DNA of 47,137 nucleotides from Acidimicrobiales bacterium (GCA_035319705.1 DATHCF010000409.1:1-47137); one strand, 5' to 3'; shown: positions 1 to 8,129, counted from the stretch's first letter. Numbers and translations: made by a program. The notes: generated from the sequence alone by a model not told the origin.

Positions 1-132
1 TGCCAGGACGAGCTCGTCATCCCCATACCTGGGGCCACCAAGGCCTCTCACGCGACAGAGAACGCTGGCGCACTGAACTGGCGGCTCCACGAGGAGGAGT
101 TCGCCATGCTCGACCAGATCAGTCGAGGCTGA
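1..132 (+). CDS. aldo/keto reductase, C-terminal 43 codons only (rest lies left of the window)
   Basis: Frame 1 reads CQDELVIPIPGATKASHATENAGALNWRLHEEEFAMLDQISRG, then TGA at 130-132. IPGAtK...EN...L..EE is the usual AKR C-terminus. Confidence 0.6.
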   Translation, partial: CQDELVIPIPGATKASHATENAGALNWRLHEEEFAMLDQISRG

Positions 133-396
133 TGCGAAGCAGGGCTCGGCACTCAATCGTCCTTCCCGTGAAGAAGAGGCCAGCTTGCGAGATGAAACGG
201 AACGTCGGTGCCATCCGTCTTCACGTGCCAGATCTTTGCTCAACTTGATTACCCCGGACGACTCGGGATAGCCGAATCGGGGGCTGCCGAGAGGCGCGCG
301 AACGGCGACCATACCGAGCAGAACATGCTGCTCTGCATGGTTGCACCAACGAGGAGAAGTACCAGGGTTGGGACGATGCACGTCGGCTAGCGTGTC

Positions 397-648
397 GTGA
401 TGGCCGGCGACGACCTCGCGGAGAGGCTTATCCAAGCCCTTGGCCAGTTCGCGGAAGTAACCGACGCGGTGACCCCTGATGAGGCCATGCGCTTGCTGGA
501 CGACGTGGCCATGGAGGTCTTTTGGCGAGACTGGCCCAACATCAGTTCATGGGCAGGCGCTCTATGGCGGCGACTGGATGAGGATCTTGGCGGTCCTGCT
601 CGACCACCTCAAGACCCTGGCCTCGACGAAGTTGGCGAAAGCGGCTGA
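397..648 (+). CDS. hypothetical small acidic protein
   Basis: 83-aa ORF from the track (MMAGDDLAERLIQALGQFAEV...). The composition looks protein-like but I recognise no family. Confidence 0.35.
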   Translation: MMAGDDLAERLIQALGQFAEVTDAVTPDEAMRLLDDVAMEVFWRDWPNISSWAGALWRRLDEDLGGPARPPQDPGLDEVGESG

Positions 649-1067
649 TGGTGAGTGGTCCGATGCGGCCCTCACCCCTCTATTCGCCACTTCTGTCGAC
701 CGGAAGATGAGACGCCCCCAGAGATCTCGCCCAGAGGTGATCCCGGTCCTTCGAGCACTGAACCATGGTGACACGCGTCTTCTCTCGTGGTGCCGGACCT
801 CGAAGGAACGGTGCTTGACATCGCCGTCCGCGCCTTGGGGTAGCTGCTCGCATGAGCCCAAGCACCCGGGGCTTCGAGTTCTGTGCGCCCGCAGGGTCTC
901 GGTGAGAGTGCCTGAGGTGATCCTTGTACCACCAGTGGTTGATCACAAGGCGCTCACTACCGAGCAGCGGCCGCCTCATGAGCATTTCTCGACAAGGGGG
1001 ACGTGCTGGGTGAGCCAGTGTCCAACTAACGCCGGCGGAGGCGAGGATCTCCGCTCCGAGGTCCCTG

Positions 1068-1706
1068 ATGAATGAGGGACCCGCACCAATGCCCATGAGG
1101 GCAGCTCGCCGGCGGACAAGGCGATTCAGTCGGGTCACGGCCGCCTGGTACTCGTGCAACGCGGCGCGCTACGACCGGGTGGTGACCCGTGGGATGCTGC
1201 GCCTCGCGACCGGCGGTGGAGGCCGCGATGCCATCGCTGCCTGGGCGCGCTCGATCCCTCCGGACATGGTGCCCGTGCTCGACGTGCCGACGGGGACCGG
1301 CGAGTACCTCCCCGTCCTGCCCCGCCCCGCTGTGGGTGCTGATCTCGCCGCCGGGATGCTCCGGGAGGCGGCGGCTCGTGGCACAGGTGCGTTGCTGGTG
1401 CGAGCCGATGTCTTTGCGCTGCCGTTCCCGGACGCGTCCTTTGGGTCTGTGTTCACATCGCTCGGACTCCAACTGATGCCGCGGCCGAGCGAGGCCGTGG
1501 CCGAGATGGCGCGCGTACTGCGCCCGGGCGGCCGGCTGGTGGGCGCGGTGCCCGTGGGCCTGTTCTCGCGGTTCCTCAGCGCAGCGAGCCTCCGTCGGGC
1601 GCTCGAGGTTCCCGGTGTAGACGTCCTCCGACTTGAGCATCGCGGCTGGCTCGTGGTGTTCACGGCCGAAAAAAGCACGAGGGCCGGCGACGGGAGCGGC
1701 GCCTGA
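1068..1706 (+). CDS. class I SAM-dependent methyltransferase (Methyltransf_11-like, small-molecule type)
   Basis: SAM-binding motif I VLDVPTGTGEYL, post-I ADLAAGML, ADVFALPFPDASF, and MARVLRPGGRLV. The exact start is uncertain (several in-frame M between 1068 and 1190). Confidence 0.8.
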   Translation: MNEGPAPMPMRAARRRTRRFSRVTAAWYSCNAARYDRVVTRGMLRLATGGGGRDAIAAWARSIPPDMVPVLDVPTGTGEYLPVLPRPAVGADLAAGMLREAAARGTGALLVRADVFALPFPDASFGSVFTSLGLQLMPRPSEAVAEMARVLRPGGRLVGAVPVGLFSRFLSAASLRRALEVPGVDVLRLEHRGWLVVFTAEKSTRAGDGSGA

Positions 1707-2051
1707 GCGAAGGACCTCAGCCGACCTTGTGCTGCCCTCAGCCGAGGCGTTTCGCCGAGCATGTGGTGGACGCAGGCCGGAGGACGGCCCGAGCGCCTCG
1801 GCGGGCGGGTAGCTGAGCCGCCAGGCCGGCGCCGCCCATATTGTGAGCGAGTGCAGAAGGTCCGATCTCTAGCGGGCTGATCGGGACTCCAGGTTGACTC
1901 TGAGCCGTCCATATCGAGACGGTTCACGCGCCGCTAAGAGTCGCTCGTGAACGCCGATTATGCCGGTCCGCCACCCATTGACTCAAGCCCCTACGGGTGT
2001 TGTTATTGGCGGGTTGGGCCGCTCGCGGCCCTCACGGGCCCTTTGACGGTG

Positions 2052-2068
2052 TGCCGCGGCCCGCGGCA
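2052..2068. terminator. GC-rich palindrome TGCCGCGG-C-CCGCGGCA in a convergent intergenic region (possible terminator, no U tract)
   Basis: Perfect 8-bp arms 10 nt beyond the stop of the minus-strand helicase gene. A second palindrome, GGGCCGC-TC-GCGGCCC, lies at 2016-2031. Confidence 0.25.
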
Positions 2069-2077
2069 GCCCTATGG

Positions 2078-4450
2078 TTAGAGGTAGGTGGGCTCGCCGC
2101 AACCCAGACTCCTGTAGCCCTTGCATCGCTCGCGATGGGTGTAGGCGAGCACAGGCACTTTGCTGTCAAGGTAGTCGTGGACCTCGATGCTCGTCTTGCC
2201 GGGGTGGGTACGAAGTGTGCGACCCACGTATTGCACCACACGGCCCTTGAACTTGGTAGGAAAGGCGAGAAAGAGCGTGTCCAGAACCGGGCAGTCGAAT
2301 CCCTCGCCCAGGTAGGGTCCCGTCGCCACGGCGAGCACCGGATCACCATGGGGCGGTTCACGGAGGGATTGCACGGCAGCTCGCTTCGCTTTCGCCCCGA
2401 GCCCTCCGTGGAGCAGGACAGGTGTACGTCCGACCTTGCGCAGACCCGCCGTCAGGATCTCGGCATGCGAGGTTCGGCTTGTGAGCACAAGGCAGTTGCG
2501 GCCTCGTTCAAGCGCCTCCCGGACGTCATCGACGATTGCGGCGTTGCGCTGCTCGTCCTCCACCAGAGCCCTATAGATGTCCTGCAGTACCGAGAGCGAG
2601 ATGGGAGCGGCCTCTGTCTCGTAAGTGAACGACGTCGAGTGGACGAGAACCTGACGGATAACTGGACCATGACTCGACGTGGAGTCGTCAGCACCGAGCA
2701 CCCGATGTCGGAGTGGGCCACATTGCATGAGGATCATTTGGTCGAGTCCGTCACTGCGATATGGAGTTGCGGTAAGCCCGATCCAGCGGCGGGCCGGGAT
2801 CTGACGAACGGCTTGCTCGAAGGTGGCAGCTGGGAGGTGGTGGCACTCGTCGGAGACGACAAGGCCATAACCACTGAGCAACTCTCCCAGGTCATCGCGC
2901 CGAGCGAGGGTCTGGAGCGACGCCAGGTCAATCACGCCGGTTTGCTTTCGCCGACCCCCGCCCAGCTGTCCGATCTTCACCCCAAGGAACCGATGGACCT
3001 GTTCACGCCACTGGTCCAGTAGAGCACTGCGGTCCACCAAGATGAGACTGGGCAATCCGAGCCGGGCGATGAGCGCGCAAGCGACCACGGTCTTTCCGCT
3101 GCCCGGTGGGGCCTCGAGGACCCCGAGTTCGTGAACTGACATCTCCTGAAGTGCAGCGTCTTGGAGCGGGGAGAGCTGTCCGGAGAACTTGAGCTCCAGG
3201 GGTGCGTGCTCAGGCCGGTCGTCGACGATCTCGAGACGGCTACCGGCCTGGCGAATGAGTTCCTCGGCGATCTCGGACACACCCCGGGGCAGGTGAAGGA
3301 AATCGAGATCCTCCCGGTAACACCGGATGAATCGAGGCACACCGAAGGTCGATCTCCTTTGCTTCTCACGCTTGTAGAACTCGGGATTGTGGATGGACGC
3401 TGCATGTTTGAGAGAGCTCAAGAGTGCTGGAGGCAGTCCGGCCCGTTCGATCGAGAACGACGCGGACAACCGCGCCCGGATGACAGCGGGCGCGGGGGGA
3501 TGTGTGCGTGTGGCTGTGCTCGTTCGAAGCCGGACAACCTCTGATCCGACGGCGGGAGGCCTGAGGGCTTCGGCAAGCTCCGTCGCCCGCCGCGGAACGA
3601 CGCGTTCGAGACTTGATAGGTACGAGAACTGATCGTGATGCGGCTCGATCGTGGCCAGATCGAGGAAGACCGTCGTGCCGCGTTTGCGGCAGTCGCCTTG
3701 TAAAGGGAGAGCAATGAGGTTGCCAATTGATCCCGAGGCCGGAAGGTAGTCCTGGGCCGGAAAGAGCCGATCGTAGCTTGACAGGTCGAGCTCGCCTCGC
3801 ATTGCGATCGCCTCTCGAAGAAGTCCAGCTCCAATCCGGCGCGCCACCATGGCAGGCACCGGGCCCGTGAAGAACATCCACACGTGAGCGCCTGACCCGG
3901 AACGGGAAATCTCCAGGCCGGTGGGGACATCAAAGGCTCTCGCAGCCTTGCTATAGGCAAGAGCATCGAGCAGGGCTGCAGGCCCGTCGAAGTCACACGC
4001 CAACAGACAGCAGGTATCCCCAGCCATCAGCGGATACAAACCGGCATGGATCTCTCCGGTCAGGTGAGCTGTCACGACGTCGTCGGTCAGGGGCAGGTAC
4101 ATACGATTTCGCTGCCCGCGCCGGAACCCCCCTTCCACCGCGGGCATCCAGCCCGAGCGGCCGGTTCGCTCGTTCTCCCAACGGACGGCATATACGTCGT
4201 CGCGGCCGACGAAGAGACTGCGAAAGAAGGCGAGCTTGTCCTGACTCGAAGAGGCGTGGTCAACAGCACCCGGTGCGCCGCTGAACAGAGGCGCTCGAGC
4301 CGGCTCGTCGGGAAGTGCACGAGGTCCCACCAAGCCGAGGAGGCGCTCAAGGCGTGCGTTCTCCGCCTTGAGATGCTCGACTTGGTCTTTCAGCTCGGTG
4401 AGCACGGGATCTACGGACAACGGCGATCGACGGTGTGCGGTCGAGCTCAT
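2078..4450 (-). CDS. archaeo-eukaryotic primase (Prim-Pol) domain fused to an SF2 (DEAD/DEAH, ResIII-like) helicase
   Basis: 790 aa. N-terminal coiled coil LTELKDQVEHLKAENARLERLL. AEP hallmarks DDVYAVRW, ACDFDG (acidic metal motif), SGSGAHVWMFF, GNLIALPLQG. Helicase motifs PPGSGKT (I), DECHH (II), GLTATP (III), QYVGRTLR (VI). Confidence 0.9.
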   Translation of the reverse strand: MSSTAHRRSPLSVDPVLTELKDQVEHLKAENARLERLLGLVGPRALPDEPARAPLFSGAPGAVDHASSSQDKLAFFRSLFVGRDDVYAVRWENERTGRSGWMPAVEGGFRRGQRNRMYLPLTDDVVTAHLTGEIHAGLYPLMAGDTCCLLACDFDGPAALLDALAYSKAARAFDVPTGLEISRSGSGAHVWMFFTGPVPAMVARRIGAGLLREAIAMRGELDLSSYDRLFPAQDYLPASGSIGNLIALPLQGDCRKRGTTVFLDLATIEPHHDQFSYLSSLERVVPRRATELAEALRPPAVGSEVVRLRTSTATRTHPPAPAVIRARLSASFSIERAGLPPALLSSLKHAASIHNPEFYKREKQRRSTFGVPRFIRCYREDLDFLHLPRGVSEIAEELIRQAGSRLEIVDDRPEHAPLELKFSGQLSPLQDAALQEMSVHELGVLEAPPGSGKTVVACALIARLGLPSLILVDRSALLDQWREQVHRFLGVKIGQLGGGRRKQTGVIDLASLQTLARRDDLGELLSGYGLVVSDECHHLPAATFEQAVRQIPARRWIGLTATPYRSDGLDQMILMQCGPLRHRVLGADDSTSSHGPVIRQVLVHSTSFTYETEAAPISLSVLQDIYRALVEDEQRNAAIVDDVREALERGRNCLVLTSRTSHAEILTAGLRKVGRTPVLLHGGLGAKAKRAAVQSLREPPHGDPVLAVATGPYLGEGFDCPVLDTLFLAFPTKFKGRVVQYVGRTLRTHPGKTSIEVHDYLDSKVPVLAYTHRERCKGYRSLGCGEPTYL

Positions 4451-4470
4451 CAGGTTTGCGGCACAACTCG

Positions 4471-4788
4471 TCAGGCGGTCCGTTTGCTTGGAGGGCCCAG
4501 CAGTCTGAATCGCCGACGTCCCTTTACCGCAGCCACCTCGAGCTGGCCACCCAGTGCGGCGACGTACTGCTCGAGGACTTCGATTGTGACATTTCGTGCC
4601 TGCTCAATCGCCGCTACTCGTGGTTGGGAGACGCCGATCCTCCGTGCCAGCTCGCGTTGTGAAAGACCGGCTTGCTCTCTGAGCGCGGTGAGCGCCGTGG
4701 CGATCCGGAGTTCCTCCTCGATCTCGACCACGCGTTCCTCTGCCCCGTCTGCCGAAAGTACCTTCTGCTCCCAATCCTTCACGCTCAT
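4471..4788 (-). CDS. XRE-family HTH antitoxin (HigA-like)
   Basis: HTH LSQRELARRIGVSQPRVAAIEQ. Its ATG overlaps the stop of the upstream toxin frame (TGATG at 4786-4790). Its stop lies 20 nt before the helicase-fusion start. Confidence 0.8.
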   Translation of the reverse strand: MSVKDWEQKVLSADGAEERVVEIEEELRIATALTALREQAGLSQRELARRIGVSQPRVAAIEQARNVTIEVLEQYVAALGGQLEVAAVKGRRRFRLLGPPSKRTA

Positions 4789-5215
4789 CAGCGTCTTCCG
4801 ATCTTCTTATTACCGCTCGATCTGGCACTCTTCGAGTTCGTCTTCGTGGCTGGCCTCGTCTGGATCTGAAGTTCGTGTTCGTCAAGTCGATCGTCAGCGA
4901 TGGGGATGTTGCCGTCGTACCAGGTCTTCCAGTCACTGCTCTTGTAACCGCCCACGAGAAGGATCGCCCTGCGCTTCGTGTCGAATGCAAACGGCACGCG
5001 GATCTCGCTACGCCCCGTAGACCTTGGTCGAAGCTCTTTCATATTCGGGTGGCGGCTTCTTCGATGCTGTCGACGAGCGGTTTCCCCAAAGCGGGGCCGA
5101 CGTCGCGAAGCACACGAATGGCGGCCAGCAGTGCCTCTGAGTCCGCCTGGCCGAGTGACGAGGCCCATCTCTCGAAGGCTGGGTGGAATTCAACTTCCCA
5201 GGGGCGCTTGGCCAT
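4788..5215 (-). pseudogene. RelE/ParE-superfamily (HigB/Gp49-like) toxin, split by a 1-nt frameshift
   Basis: The N-terminal part MAKRPWEVEFHPAFERWASSLGQADSEALLAAIRVLRDVGPALGKPLVDSI is in the frame of ORF 5039-5272. The C-terminal part SRHPNMKELRPRSTGRSEIRVPFAFDTKRRAILLVGGYKSSDWKTWYDGNIPIADDRLDEH is in the frame of ORF 4788-5168. The frames switch between 5063 and 5057. Confidence 0.7.
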
Positions 5216-5245
5216 TCCTATAACAGTATCATTATCACGGCTGCG
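5216..5245 (-). promoter_or_regulatory. AT-rich patch upstream of the toxin start; possible leaderless-type -10 (TACTGT, 7 nt before the ATG)
   Basis: The minus strand reads GTGATAATGATACTGTTATAGGA-ATG. This is the only AT-rich stretch in this GC-rich neighbourhood. TANNNT lies 7 nt upstream of the ATG at 5215. Confidence 0.3.
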
Positions 5246-5600
5246 GGCCTCCCAGAGCTTTGGAATGTGCACGAACGAACTCGTCGCCGCCGGGTTTCAA
5301 CAGGTGGAGCACTTAGGAGCGACACCTGAGGGTCGTCCAGAATGAAAAATCGGGGCCTGACAACGCGGGTCTGTGGGCGCCGGCGCCCGCCCCGATCAGA
5401 CGGCTCCGCGTGCGGTCCGACACGCTGACCCCGCGCCATAATTGAGGGCGCTCCGGCTTGCCGGATGGGGTAGGCGCCCGGTACCGACTGCCCTCGGGGA
5501 GTCGCCTGGGGTGTAGGGCGTGAAGGTTGTGGACGACGCCGCACGCGCTGCCATGATTGCCCTCGGAGTCGCGCACGGCGAAGCGTTGTTGGGGTATCGC

Positions 5601-5622
5601 CGTGAGAACCTCCGTGAGAACC
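5601..5622 (+). repeat. direct repeat CGTGAGAACC x2 (12-bp register)
   Basis: CGTGAGAACC at 5601-5610 and 5613-5622, about 135 bp left of the tRNA fragment. Confidence 0.5.
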
Positions 5623-5753
5623 AAAGGCGCCGTAAAGCTGGTTACGAGCGGTGTGTCTTGGTCTGTCGCTGTCACAACAACCGACCAGCTGGGAGGCTGT
5701 TTCGGTCCGTTTCGGGCGACCACGGACCGCTGTGAACCAACCCATTATTCGAA

Positions 5754-5795
5754 CTACGGATCAGAAGGTTGGGGGTTCGAGTCCCTCCGAGCGCG
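5754..5795 (+). other. 3' half of a tRNA-Arg(ACG) (anticodon loop to discriminator), not a complete gene: att-like scar
   Basis: CTACGGA (loop, anticodon ACG), TCAGA, AGGTT, GGGGG-TTCGAGT-CCCTC (T arm), CGAGCGC-G (acceptor 3' strand). No matching 5' acceptor (GCGCTCG), D arm or 5' anticodon stem upstream. Confidence 0.65.
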
Positions 5796-5816
5796 CTGAC
5801 CTGCGGTTTGGACTTC

Positions 5817-5846
5817 GAGAGCATCTGATCGGAGAGCATCTGATTC
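5817..5846 (+). repeat. 15-bp tandem duplication GAGAGCATCTGAT(CG/TC)
   Basis: gagagcatctgatcg followed directly by gagagcatctgattc. Confidence 0.8.
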
Positions 5847-5921
5847 TTGGGGGAATATTCCGGCGGCTTCACAGCTCCTCGAAAAAGAGCCTCTAACCGA
5901 AGTCCGCGACGCCACCAAGTG

Positions 5922-6078
5922 CGGTGCACCAAGACCGGGAATAGCTCGGCGAATAAGACGCTCCGGGCACCCGCCAGCCTTCCACCAGTACGGTCCACCG
6001 AGGCCGGGGAATAGCTCGGCAAATAAGACGCTCTGGGCGCCCTCCAGCTTTCAACGGTGCGGTCCACCAATTCCGACC
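5922..6078 (+). repeat. about 69-bp tandem repeat, 2.3 copies, non-coding
   Basis: Units at 5922-5990 and 5991-6059, plus a partial third from 6060. They share CGGT(G/C)CACC...GGGAATAGCTCGGC(G/A)AATAAGACGCTC(C/T)GGGC at roughly 80 percent identity by eye. Confidence 0.75.
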
Positions 6079-6534
6079 CCCAATCCGACACCGCTAATGC
6101 CATAGGCGAGATTCGGTGTCTCGTTGAGCGAGGTGTGGTCGCCACACCCCTCCGGGTCGAGGTCTCCGGTCCTAGCCAATCCAGAGCTGGCTGGACGTGG
6201 AAAGCGTAAAACATGACTCTTCTGGGCCTCTGCGGAGGGATCGGCTCGCGGTTGGTTGGGATCGGACCTAGGCGTGCGCAGCGAGCGACAGATGGGCGGA
6301 TCGCCTTGCGAGGGGGTCAAGAATGGATAGTCCCCCATCTCCTCACCGATCTCGTCCACGATGGCTGAATGGCGCTTCCCGGACGGCGAGGAGCAACCAA
6401 TGCCCAGAACTCCGAGGCCGTCAAGGTGCTCCACGCCGAAATCGTCTCCCTGAAGACCTCCAATCCAGAGATGACCTGGAAGGAGGTTGGCCTGGCGACC
6501 GGCTACCACGGAAAGTACTGCGCACAGGTTTTTC

Positions 6535-6726
6535 GAACACATCTGGCATGGAGACCGGGACCGCAACGTTCCCATCTCGCACGGTCGGCTGTTGGCGAAG
6601 GTGATCCCCGACGCCAGGCTGCACGAGTGCCCCGGTGAGGGCCACTGGCTCGTCGTCGACCACATGGGAGAGGTCCTCGACGTGCTCAAAGGTGCTTCAC
6701 GAGAAAGAGGCGCGCAGCTCCGGTGA
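6535..6726 (+). pseudogene. alpha/beta hydrolase, C-terminal fragment only
   Basis: HIWHGDRDRNVPISHGRLLAKVIPDARLHECPGEGHWLVVDHMGEVLDVL is the catalytic Asp/His tail of alpha/beta hydrolases. No nucleophile-elbow (GxSxG) part lies upstream. Confidence 0.5.
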
Positions 6727-7126
6727 CCGGCGGAGGACCGTGACCCGCCACCATCGAAGGCAGATGGGTGGACGGCACGACGAGCCCCTGTTTGTGCGGG
6801 GTTGAGCCGGAGCAAGGCGACTGGATCCGCCCCCGTGTGTCCCGTCAGGGCCGAAAGTCCCTACTCCGGCCAGCCACCACCGCCGATCTTCCGGGGGAGG
6901 AGGCAAGTTATCAGCTGTCTTAATCGCATGTGGTGGCGACCTACGAGACGCCGTTCATACCTGGAACCGTATCAACTCGGGTCGAGCCGCTCCTCACTCC
7001 ATACGAGGTCCAGCAGCCTTTACAAATCTTGCGTTGCCCTTCTCTGGCTTGGTCGCCCAGCCTGAGTTCGACCGCTTCCTGTCTGCGTGAAAAGTCGGAC
7101 TTGCAACTGTCCGGTCGGTGAAGCTC

Positions 7127-7438
7127 CTACGGCCGAATCCATTCCTGGTATTCAGCTCGATCCTGCAAAGGTATAAGCCCCAGGCTTTCAGCTAAGGCCC
7201 GAGCCTCGTACTGACTCATCTGCTGATGGTCATGGCCTCCGTCCTCATAATGGAAGGTTGCGACACCTGGACCCTGCCGATGCTCACGCCACACCAGGCG
7301 CTGAATGCCCGTCTCTGGACTGGAAACCATTGGGAAATGGTAGCTGGAGTATCGAGCGCCTCTCACAGCCCGAGCTACCCACGGTAACGACCTTTGCTCA
7401 CACGCCTTGTGGCAGATGTTAGTTCGACCGGGACGCAA
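7127..7438 (-). CDS. hypothetical protein
   Basis: 103-aa ORF with no recognisable motif. The true start may be the internal MVSSPETG. Confidence 0.3.
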   Translation of the reverse strand: MRPGRTNICHKACEQRSLPWVARAVRGARYSSYHFPMVSSPETGIQRLVWREHRQGPGVATFHYEDGGHDHQQMSQYEARALAESLGLIPLQDRAEYQEWIRP

Positions 7439-7465
7439 TGCTGTCGATGGTTGGTTTCAATGCGC

Positions 7466-7858
7466 TTAGCGAACGATGACGACCGGGCAAGAGGCGTAGT
7501 GGGCGCAGTAGGAACTGACCGTCCCCAAACGGCGTCGTGTGCCGACTACAAGGAGGCTGGCTTCGCCGGAACTGTTGACTAGGGCTTCACCAGGGGACCC
7601 CTCCACCACACGCTGGTCGATCCTCAGTGAAGGATGCCGCTCGGCCACCCGCATGGATGCGGTGCTGATCACCTCGTCCGCCCATGTGTGGAAATCGGCA
7701 TCGCTGAAGCCTGTTCGACCATGGGCCGTCGGTGTAGGGAGATGCCAGGTCACGATGATGGCTAACGAATGATCGAACCTGGCAGCAAACTCAGCTGCCC
7801 AGTCGAGCGCGGCCATCGATTCATTCGACCCGTCGACTCCCACAACGACTGAACCCAC
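7466..7858 (-). CDS. universal stress protein (UspA family)
   Basis: VVVGVDGSNESMAALDWAAEFA ... LLVVGTRRRLGTVSSYCAHYASCPVVIV. Confidence 0.85.
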   Translation of the reverse strand: MGSVVVGVDGSNESMAALDWAAEFAARFDHSLAIIVTWHLPTPTAHGRTGFSDADFHTWADEVISTASMRVAERHPSLRIDQRVVEGSPGEALVNSSGEASLLVVGTRRRLGTVSSYCAHYASCPVVIVR

Positions 7859-7969
7859 AGCAGTTCTCCCACTCCAGCGTGGTTAGTTCTTGGTGACTTC
7901 CGGCGCTCCATCCTCCCCACCAGTCGATGGCGAAACCCGGACGGCGCAACAGTCAAGCAGGTCAGGTGA

Positions 7970-8129
7970 CGACTTTCCGGTACGGCCACGGTCGCCGAGG
8001 TTGCTGCCGAGATGATGCAGCAGTATGTACGCTACATCCTCGTCGCGCAGGACGGCCATCCTGGTGGGCATAGTGTCGGCTCGTGACGTGCTTGGCGTGT
8101 ATGCAGCTGCGGACGTCGACATCGAGTAG
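7970..8129 (+). pseudogene. CBS-domain remnant with a frameshift
   Basis: LSGTATVAEVAAEMMQQYVRYILVAQDGH in one frame continues as LVGIVSARDVLGVYAAADVDIE-stop in the next frame, with one extra base near 8060. An in-frame TGA lies at 7967-7969 and no first CBS repeat is present. Confidence 0.45.

Noticed and set aside
1-381. Open minus-strand frame from the GTG at 381 (or the ATG at 312) running off the left edge
   Set aside because: Its distal part is antisense to the well-supported aldo/keto reductase C-terminus. The peptide has no recognisable motif, and it is absent from the track only because it has no stop in the window.
680-1159. 159-aa minus-strand ORF containing DHLRHSH...RVLGLMRAAT, faintly like box II of tyrosine recombinases (a possible decayed integrase)
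   Set aside because: The match covers only about 5 residues. There is no RxxR, HxxR or terminal Tyr context, codon bias degrades in the second half, and it overlaps the methyltransferase start. This is too weak to call.
1169-1927. Long ORFs antisense to or overlapping confident genes (for example 1169-1927, 1997-3022, 19149-20120, 37721-38983, 39016-40182, 40765-41301, 46224-47066)
   Set aside because: They lie opposite genes with clear family motifs. Their products are Arg/Pro/Gly/Ser-rich with no motifs, which is the usual open-antisense-frame artefact of high-GC DNA.
6051-6815. 254-aa minus-strand ORF spanning the tandem repeats and gene fragments
   Set aside because: It crosses the non-coding 69-bp repeats and is antisense to the alpha/beta-hydrolase tail. 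Its composition is low-complexity Ser/Gly/Pro/Arg.
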